Below, piece by piece: positions 36,891 through 43,352 of a DNA stretch of 43,352 nt (its first letter is position 1; every line of letters begins with the position of its first letter). The notes under the pieces are model-generated. The model saw only the letters and a list, made by a program, of their open reading frames with translations, was not told the DNA's origin and ran no database searches. Origin of the DNA: Candidatus Eisenbergiella intestinigallinarum (GTDB lineage Bacteria; Bacillota; Clostridia; Lachnospirales; Lachnospiraceae); assembly GCA_019120115.1 (NCBI GenBank), contig DWVS01000020.1:1-43352 (forward strand). The letters are read 5' to 3'. Both the position numbers and the translations under genes were made by a program.

Positions 36891-37602
36891 GTTTCTTTGT
36901 CCCGTCTTCTCCCGTCTGTTTTCTGAGGAAAAGTATGGCCTGATAGGCCGCCTGCTGCTCCGCCGCCTTCTTGGTTCGCCCCTTTCCATGTCCGGCAGTC
37001 CGCCCGTCCAGTCTGGCTTCCACAATAAACTGCTTATCGTGTTCAGGTCCCTCCTCTCCCACCAGCGCATAGGAAAGCTGCGCGCCGCCGGGCATTCCCT
37101 GGATCATTTCCTGCAGCACCGACTTGCTGTCGTAGAACAGAATCTTGTTTTCCAGATCGGACAGCACAAAGTGGTGAATGAAACGGTGGGCCGCCTGAAA
37201 ACCGCCGTCCAGATACAACGCTCCGATCACGGCCTCCATCACGTCTGAAATGATGGAATCCCGGTTCCGGCCGCCGGTTCCTTCCTCTCCCTTTCCCAGC
37301 AGGATATATTTTTCCAGTTCCAGATCCCTGGCGCAGTAAGCGAGCGCAGGTTCGCAGACCATGGAGGAACGCAGCCGTGTCAGCTGCCCCTCCGGCATTT
37401 GCGGGTTCTCATGAAACAGAAAATCGCTGGAGACGAGCTCCAGCACCGCATCCCCCAGAAATTCCAGCCGCTCATAGCTTCCCAGCCGGTTGATCCGCTG
37501 CTCGTTGGCAAAGGAACTGTGGGTGAGCGCCTGCTTTAAGAGCTTTTTATCCTGAAAAATATAGCCGATCTTTTTTTCCAGTTCTTCCAGATTGTAAACC
37601 AC
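36871..37602 (-). CDS. rnc: Ribonuclease III
   Basis: ALTHSS, ERLEFLGDAVL, DVMEAVIGALYLDGG, dsRBD GPEHDK.F...G.G.TKKAAEQQAA. Confidence 0.97.
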   Translation of the reverse strand: MVYNLEELEKKIGYIFQDKKLLKQALTHSSFANEQRINRLGSYERLEFLGDAVLELVSSDFLFHENPQMPEGQLTRLRSSMVCEPALAYCARDLELEKYILLGKGEEGTGGRNRDSIISDVMEAVIGALYLDGGFQAAHRFIHHFVLSDLENKILFYDSKSVLQEMIQGMPGGAQLSYALVGEEGPEHDKQFIVEARLDGRTAGHGKGRTKKAAEQQAAYQAILFLRKQTGEDGTKKHVFKEH

Positions 37603-37785
37603 GTTTCGATCCTTTCTGTAAACATTGAAAAAATGCGCGCCCTGATACGGTACGCATCAGGAGCATCCACCGCAGGCTTTCATACGGCAGAAAATTTCAT
37701 TTCCTGCCGTATGAAAAGCCCGCCGGGGCCGGCACAATCATGTTTCTGCCGTCTACGCCCCGCCGCGGGCCTTCCTGAAAGCCAG

Positions 37786-38025
37786 TCATTCACTGCTTCC
37801 CGTGCTGCTTTTGATCAGACGGACAGCTTCTCCAACCGTTGTGATCTTCTCCGCGTCCGCCTGTGATATTTCAATGGCAAATTCCTCCTCGATTCCCATC
37901 ACGATCTGATAAAGGTCCAGGGAATCCGCACACAGATCATCCACAAACGCAGTCTCTTCTGTGATCTCTCTCGTGTCCACACACAGGACCTCCGCAATGA
38001 TCTTTCTCAGCTTGTCAAGCTCCAT
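37786..38025 (-). CDS. acpP: Acyl carrier protein
   Basis: FVDDLCADSLD...IVM.IEEEF.IEI....AEKITTVGEAV. Located between plsX and rnc. Confidence 0.93.
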   Translation of the reverse strand: MELDKLRKIIAEVLCVDTREITEETAFVDDLCADSLDLYQIVMGIEEEFAIEISQADAEKITTVGEAVRLIKSSTGSSE

Positions 38026-38040
38026 ATCCTTCGTCCTTCC

Positions 38041-39054
38041 TTAACCGGCGGACCCTGAAATCGCTTTCTGGATCTTGCCGTTAATATCCTGCTCTCGGAA
38101 AGTCAGGCACTGCAGGATCGTGTTCCTGATCTCAATGGCCTTCGAGCTTCCATGGGTCTTGACCACAAGCCCCTTTAAGCCCAGAAGCGGCGCTCCACCG
38201 TACTGCTCCAGGTCAAAGGCCTTCAGCGTTTCCTTCAGGGCAGGCTTAACCAGAAGCGCTCCAACCTTGCTCCTCGGGCTGCTCATCATTCCGGCCTTCA
38301 CCATTTTAATCAGCGTTCCGCCCACGCCTTCATATAGCTTCAGGATCACGTTTCCCACAAAGGCTTCACAGACGATCACGTCCGCCGCACCGGAGGGAAT
38401 ATCCCTCGCTTCCACACTGCCAATGAAGTTGATGTCGGGGCAGGCCTTCAGCAGAGGGAAGGCGGCCTTCACAAGCGCGTTTCCCTTTTCTTCCTCTGCG
38501 CCGTTGTTGACGATGCCGACCCTCGGATTTTTAATGCCGACCACATGCTCCATGTAAATGGAACCCATCCGCGCGAACTGCACCAGATTGGAAGGCTTCG
38601 CGTCCACGTTCGCCCCGCAGTCCACCAGAAGGGAGGCCCCTTTTTCCGTAGGGATCAACGGTGCGAGAGGCGGCCGCTCCACGCCCTTTGCCCGGCCCAC
38701 GATCACCTGTCCGCCGACCAGCACCGCTCCCGTGCTTCCCGCGGAAACGAAGGCGTCGCATTTGCCCTCACGCACCAGATACAGCCCCTTTACAATGGAA
38801 GAATCCTTCTTCCCCTTGATTGCAGCCACCGGCGGCTCTGCCATGGCGATCACCTCCGTGGCGTTCACCACCTCTACCTGGTCTTTGGGATACTCGTACT
38901 TTGCCAGCTCCGCTTCCACCTGATCCTGCTTTCCCACCAGGAAAACCCTGATTTTCTTTTCCGCCTGCACAGCTTCCACAGCGCCCTTTACGATCTCTCC
39001 CGGCGCGTTGTCTCCGCCCATGGCGTCCACCGCCACCTTCACATATTCTGCCAT
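38041..39054 (-). CDS. plsX: Phosphate acyltransferase PlsX
   Basis: VAVDAMGGDNAP, KKDSS, VSAGSTGA, DCGANVD, GAEEEKGN, GGAPLLGL.G.VVKTHGSS. Confidence 0.97.
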   Translation of the reverse strand: MAEYVKVAVDAMGGDNAPGEIVKGAVEAVQAEKKIRVFLVGKQDQVEAELAKYEYPKDQVEVVNATEVIAMAEPPVAAIKGKKDSSIVKGLYLVREGKCDAFVSAGSTGAVLVGGQVIVGRAKGVERPPLAPLIPTEKGASLLVDCGANVDAKPSNLVQFARMGSIYMEHVVGIKNPRVGIVNNGAEEEKGNALVKAAFPLLKACPDINFIGSVEARDIPSGAADVIVCEAFVGNVILKLYEGVGGTLIKMVKAGMMSSPRSKVGALLVKPALKETLKAFDLEQYGGAPLLGLKGLVVKTHGSSKAIEIRNTILQCLTFREQDINGKIQKAISGSAG

Positions 39055-39178
39055 ACTCTTTGTTTTCCTCTTTTTCCGCGGCGTTCCGCCGCTTTTCTCA
39101 AACAACGGACGCTCCCCTTTTTAAGGGCCGTCCGCAGGTGTAATCGTCCGCGCATGACCGCGCAGACGGCATAAATCT

Positions 39179-39207
39179 AATATACTAAACATGGGGCCAA
39201 AAGTCAA
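39179..39207 (-). promoter_or_regulatory. Sigma-A promoter of plsX-acpP
   Basis: TTGACT-17 nt-TATATT. Confidence 0.65.
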
Positions 39208-39221
39208 ATATTGGGGTACAG

Positions 39222-39273
39222 AAAACAGCAGCATCCGATCCATTATTTCGTATCGGACCGGATGCTGCTGTTT
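39222..39273 (-). terminator. Intrinsic terminator after the YibE/F gene
   Basis: AAACAGCAGCATCCG...CGGATGCTGCTGTTT 15-bp inverted repeat immediately after the stop codon. Confidence 0.7.
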
Positions 39274-40472
39274 CAGATCTCCGTCTCTTCTGCACGCTCC
39301 CCAGCCGCAGGAAGCGCCTCACTGTGTCTGCTTTTCATCGTATACAGGAATGCGCCCGCCGCCACGGTAATCGGCACGGAAAGAACCACACCGAAGCTGC
39401 CGGACAGTCCCTGCATGATGGCGATGCCGATGTTGTTGGAGTTGATGATCTGCAGGTAGGGCAGATCATAGGCATAATCCAGGAGCAGCATGCTCAGGCT
39501 TCCTCCTGCAAAAGCCAGGATCAGCGTATTGCTGTCCGTTCCCATCATATCTCTTCCCACACGGATGCCCGCCTTCCAGAGTTCCCTGCGGCTGAGGGAA
39601 TCATTCTGGGCCAGAATCTCGCTCATGGAACTTCCGATGGACATGGCCACATCCATCACCGCGCCAAGGCTGGAAATCAGCAGCCCGGCAAAAAGCAGGC
39701 TTCCCACCTGAATTCCCTGCACGGTCCAAAGCGTCATCAGCGTCTCAATATCGGATACATTATATCCGGTAATTCCCGACGCATAACTGAAAAGCGTCGC
39801 GGAAATTCCCGCCGTGAGCACGCCGCCCACGGTTCCTATGGTGGCGACGACCGTCTTTTTCGTAAAGCCGCCGATTAAAAGCATGGTTACCAGCGTCGTA
39901 ATGATACAGATGAACACCGCCGACCAGAACGGGGAAAATCCCCGGTATACCATGGGAAGATACCACAACAGGATGGAGAAAAAGGTGAACAGAAGGCCTA
40001 TGCCGCCCTTCACGCCCTGCTTTCCTCCCACGAGAACCAGAACCACCAGGTAGAGAATGCCGAACAGGTAGATCACCCATTCCCTGTCCTGGGAATAGAC
40101 GCTGGCGATGGTGGTATCCCCCGCTACGCTCTGCATCACGATGACCCGCATGCCCGGCGTACAGGGCGCGCCGAACAGAAATCCCGCGCTGCTGGTCACC
40201 TCAAGGAGCTCTCCTTTTTTCTCGCCGGTGAGAATTTTCACCTCAACCACCTGTTCCCCCACGCGGGTTCCCGTTTCCGTCATATTATCCTGAATGATCT
40301 GTGTCACCACAGCCTTTTCAAAGGTCTGTCCCTCTCTGGAAATGAGCGGGACCTTGTCCACCCGGTTCAGCCACACGGTAAACAGCAGCAGTCCTATCCC
40401 TGCCGCTGCAAGCAAAATCAGACGGACGGCCGCCCTTACGGACAGCCGCCCGCCCAAATGCAATTTCTCCAC
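39273..40472 (-). CDS. YibE/F family membrane protein
   Basis: Extracytoplasmic beta domain (A.V..I......G.Q...V.IL.G), DR...Y, multiple TMs, LGAVMDVAMSI.S...E, G..VGRDMMGT..NTLILAFAG. Confidence 0.88.
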   Translation of the reverse strand: MEKLHLGGRLSVRAAVRLILLAAAGIGLLLFTVWLNRVDKVPLISREGQTFEKAVVTQIIQDNMTETGTRVGEQVVEVKILTGEKKGELLEVTSSAGFLFGAPCTPGMRVIVMQSVAGDTTIASVYSQDREWVIYLFGILYLVVLVLVGGKQGVKGGIGLLFTFFSILLWYLPMVYRGFSPFWSAVFICIITTLVTMLLIGGFTKKTVVATIGTVGGVLTAGISATLFSYASGITGYNVSDIETLMTLWTVQGIQVGSLLFAGLLISSLGAVMDVAMSIGSSMSEILAQNDSLSRRELWKAGIRVGRDMMGTDSNTLILAFAGGSLSMLLLDYAYDLPYLQIINSNNIGIAIMQGLSGSFGVVLSVPITVAAGAFLYTMKSRHSEALPAAGERAEETEI

Positions 40473-40474
40473 GA

Positions 40475-42037
40475 TTACTTCGTCTTGATGATCGTAAAGG
40501 TATCGTCGATCTTCTCAGTCGTGCCGTCGTTCAGAATCTGATAGGTGTCAATCTGGAACGTGTCATCGGTCATCGTGATGATGGAGTAGCTGGGAAGCCA
40601 GTTCTGGCTGCGGTTTGCAACATAATCCTGCTGCGTGCCGATCAGCTCGTAGTACTTGGAACCGGATGCGGAGTTTGCCGTCATATACAGGATGCCCTGA
40701 GGATCCACAACGGTGTTGCCCGTGGTGTTCTCGATCGTGTAGCAGTTGTTGTCAGCCTGGAACGCCGCCAGAGCCGCAGCTCCTGCCTCATCTCCCTCTT
40801 CGGGAGCCAGCGGGATGCTCTCGCCGCTCGCCACATTGTAGGCGTGATCCCAGTCGTAATCGCTTCCGTCTTCATTTAAGCGGAACTCATAGCCGGAATG
40901 CACCTGACCGTCGCCATAAAGCATCTTCGTTCTGCTGTAGGTATGGTCATGTCCCTGCAGAACCACATCGATATCATAGCTGTCAAACACAGGAGTCAGC
41001 TGGGTTCTTAAGATCATACCGTCCGTGTCGGAGTGATCCAGTCCGGAACCATAGATATCCTGATGGATGGTCACCACTCTCCAGGTGGCAGAAGGATCGG
41101 ATGCGACTGCTTCCTGAATCGTTTCGGCATGCTCGGCAACGTTGTAGTTGTTGGTGTTCAGAACGATGAACAGGCCGTCGCCGTAGGAGTAGTAATAATC
41201 TCCGCCCGCCTCGGTCAGGCCGTTGTCGGTGGGATTGGGATTATAAAAATGATAGGCATAATCCGCATTCAGGGAATCATGGTTTCCGATGGTGGTTGCA
41301 ACCGGAACGGTCTTTAATGCCTTCGGGAACAGATAAGCCGCATACTCCTCTTCCTTCGGCTTTCCGGTGTTGTTCACCTGGTCGCCTGCGGAAATCACGA
41401 AGTTGATGTCAGGAGTCTGTGCAAAAGCCGTCTCCAGCGTGCGGTTCCATGCGAAGCCGTCGTTTCTCGCAGCCGTATTCGCAGCACCCGCTTCTTCCGT
41501 CAGAGCCTCTCCGTTCTGAGGCTGTCCCTTGGAGGCTCCAATCTGCGGATCACCCACGTACAGGATCTTCGTCTCATCGGTTTCTCTCGCATAGAAAACC
41601 TCAGGCTCCGTTTCCACACCGTTCTTTTCCACCGTATAATAATACGTGGTACCAGGGCGCAGGCCAGTCACCTTTACGCGGTTGAACTCATACTGTACGT
41701 TGTTCGTGAGAGACGGATCCACATCTCCGGCAACTCCGGTGAAGGTCTTCATATTGTCCTCGCTGGTTCCGAAATGAACCACCGGAGTGGACTCTCCATT
41801 CTTCAGGCTGTACCATGCCAGATTGATCTCTGTCTCGTCCTCGCCGGGAGCGATGGATACCTGCGTATAATCGTTTGCAAGGGTCTCCCAGTTTGCCGTC
41901 CATGCCTGCCATGCCGCGCTTGTTCCCGTAACGGAGCTGTCATTGTAATGCACCGTTGCCGCAATGGCAGAGATTCCGGCTGTCGCTACAAGAGCAAATG
42001 CCAATAATCCTGCTACCAGTTTCTTTTTCATTTCCAT
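40475..42037 (-). CDS. Secreted purple-acid-phosphatase-like metallophosphoesterase with FN3-like N-terminal domain
   Basis: Signal peptide, V.VTGLRPGTTYYY, metal motifs GDPQ, GDQV, GNHD, VTIH, GHDH. Confidence 0.9.
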   Translation of the reverse strand: MEMKKKLVAGLLAFALVATAGISAIAATVHYNDSSVTGTSAAWQAWTANWETLANDYTQVSIAPGEDETEINLAWYSLKNGESTPVVHFGTSEDNMKTFTGVAGDVDPSLTNNVQYEFNRVKVTGLRPGTTYYYTVEKNGVETEPEVFYARETDETKILYVGDPQIGASKGQPQNGEALTEEAGAANTAARNDGFAWNRTLETAFAQTPDINFVISAGDQVNNTGKPKEEEYAAYLFPKALKTVPVATTIGNHDSLNADYAYHFYNPNPTDNGLTEAGGDYYYSYGDGLFIVLNTNNYNVAEHAETIQEAVASDPSATWRVVTIHQDIYGSGLDHSDTDGMILRTQLTPVFDSYDIDVVLQGHDHTYSRTKMLYGDGQVHSGYEFRLNEDGSDYDWDHAYNVASGESIPLAPEEGDEAGAAALAAFQADNNCYTIENTTGNTVVDPQGILYMTANSASGSKYYELIGTQQDYVANRSQNWLPSYSIITMTDDTFQIDTYQILNDGTTEKIDDTFTIIKTK

Positions 42038-42267
42038 TAACCTCTTTTTTCGTAAAATAACAGGGAAGTTTCCGGGCCCGGAAGCTCTCTCTTCTGCTTA
42101 CGAAAAGGAGTATAGCACCTGAATTTATGTTATTTCAATACATGTATTAATGTTTTTAAATACATTTTACATATCCGTTACATTTCCGGATTTATTTTAC
42201 AACAAAATGCCCATTTGGTTAGAGCTCTCTATCATTCTCTCTTTTCTGGCAAAATAAACGGTATAAA

Positions 42268-42299
42268 TAAAAAAGGAGAAAACCATCCGGTTTTCTCCT
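42268..42299 (-). terminator. Intrinsic terminator after rpmF
   Basis: Minus strand AGGAGAAAACC-ggat-GGTTTTCTCCT-TTTTT. Confidence 0.75.
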
Positions 42300-42323
42300 C
42301 ATTTTCATACATATTCGTAAAAC

Positions 42324-42506
42324 TTAAGCCTCGGTATTGATGATCTCTCTCTTGTTGTAAGAGCCGCAGGCCTTGCAGACTCTGTGAGGCATCATCAGCG
42401 CGCCGCACTTGCTGCACTTTACCAGGGTCGGAGCGCTCATTTTCCAGTTCGCTCTTCTCTTGTCTCTTCTGGATTTGGAAGATTTATTCTTAGGGCAGAT
42501 AGACAT
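42324..42506 (-). CDS. rpmF: 50S ribosomal protein L32 (zinc-binding type)
   Basis: PKNKSSKSRRDKRRA, CSKCG....PHRVCKACGSY. Confidence 0.96.
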   Translation of the reverse strand: MSICPKNKSSKSRRDKRRANWKMSAPTLVKCSKCGALMMPHRVCKACGSYNKREIINTEA

Positions 42507-42509
42507 TAC

Positions 42510-43034
42510 TTACACCTCCTTGTTCTCACGAAATATATCCATGATTGCCGCCATTCTGGGGTCTGGAACGAAGGTATCGCAGCCGCACTCCCCTTCGTTT
42601 AGATCTTTCCCGCAGACCCTGCACAGTCCCTTGCAGTCCTCTCTGCACAGAACCTTTAAAGGCCAGCAGGTAAAGATTTCATTGCTGATCAGGCTGTCCA
42701 CATTCAGCTGATAACCTTCCATAAAGCCGCTCTGCTCTTCCGCTTCGTCTGCATCCGCCTTTTCAGGGGAGAAAACTTCCGTAGAAATATGCAGTTCAAA
42801 CTTCTTCGTCACGTCCTTCAGGCATCTGTCGCATTTCATGGCAACGCTCACATCAGCATCGGCCTCCACCAGAGCCTTTCCGGCACCGGAATGAGAAAGC
42901 GTAAGCTTCACCGGGCTCTTGTCCAGAATTCTGAAATGTTCTCCCTGAAAATCAACTCCCGTCAATTCCAGCGGAACCTCTCTGGCAACAGATTTTCCTT
43001 CTTCTGTAAAGACATCCGTCAGATTAATCAGCAT
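42510..43034 (-). CDS. yceD: YceD/DUF177 family protein
   Basis: CDRCL, P.KVLCREDCKGLCRVCGKDLN...C.C.....DPRMA. Upstream of rpmF. Confidence 0.92.
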   Translation of the reverse strand: MLINLTDVFTEEGKSVAREVPLELTGVDFQGEHFRILDKSPVKLTLSHSGAGKALVEADADVSVAMKCDRCLKDVTKKFELHISTEVFSPEKADADEAEEQSGFMEGYQLNVDSLISNEIFTCWPLKVLCREDCKGLCRVCGKDLNEGECGCDTFVPDPRMAAIMDIFRENKEV

Positions 43035-43061
43035 AGCAAACTCCCAATTCGCACTTTGTTA

Positions 43062-43090
43062 ATTATACATAACCCGATTCTGTTTGTCAA
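43062..43090 (-). promoter_or_regulatory. Consensus sigma-A promoter of yceD-rpmF
   Basis: Perfect TTGACA-17 nt-TATAAT. Confidence 0.85.
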
Positions 43091-43126
43091 CAAAAAACAT
43101 CGCAGTTTTTCCGCTAATCTCTCACA

Positions 43127-43352
43127 GTGAAGTGAAAAGTTTATTTCCACTTTGGACAGGCTGAAGTGGAACTTAGTCCTGCACTCATTTCTACTTCCAT
43201 CTCTGTTGCTTTTTGTCTTACACTTATCTTGTCTCTCAGCCGCCGGAAAGGTTGGTACACCAATGAAAAATCCGAATGCTTTTTCCCATTTGACTTTAGA
43301 GGAACGCCGCATCATCCTTACCGGGATCTCCAATGGCTCTACCAAAACTGCC
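43127..43352 (+). mobile_element. Left end of an IS30-family insertion sequence (transposase starts at 43263, truncated by window)
   Basis: ATG 43263 gives MKNPNAFSHLTLEERRIILTGISNGSTKTA, matching the HLT.EER..I N-terminal HTH of IS30 transposases. RBS GAAAGG. AAGTGAAA-n6-TTTCCACTT inverted sub-repeat near the presumed end; the boundary is approximate. Confidence 0.72.

Overview
The window looks like a Lachnospiraceae-like (Clostridia) chromosome segment. It is dominated by a minus-strand housekeeping backbone: yceD-rpmF / plsX-acpP-rnc-smc-ftsY / ylxM-ffh-rpsP-khpA-rimM-trmD-rplS / lepB-rbgA-lepB-rnhB-yraN-pgeF-serine hydrolase / an OmpR-family two-component pair. The 3' end of prs lies at the left edge and the start of an IS30-family element at the right edge. 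Two blocks interrupt the usual gene order. The first is about 16.7 kb between ftsY and ylxM. It carries ilvA, yitT, an ABC half-transporter pair plus a membrane protein, a TetR-controlled SCP2/hydrolase/condensation/carrier/adenylation (fatty-acid-amide-type) cluster, a divergent L25, a PepSY protein, an Rpn-like nuclease and a transposase scar. The second is a secreted metallophosphoesterase plus YibE/F pair between rpmF and plsX. The most notable observations are an in-frame TrmD-GNAT acetyltransferase fusion, an Rpn gene with a strong internal RBS/GTG start (candidate intragenic antitoxin), the stand-alone C-T-A cluster with readable palindromic operators, and several candidate cis-regulatory elements. 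All calls come from motif recognition by eye; no database searches were run.
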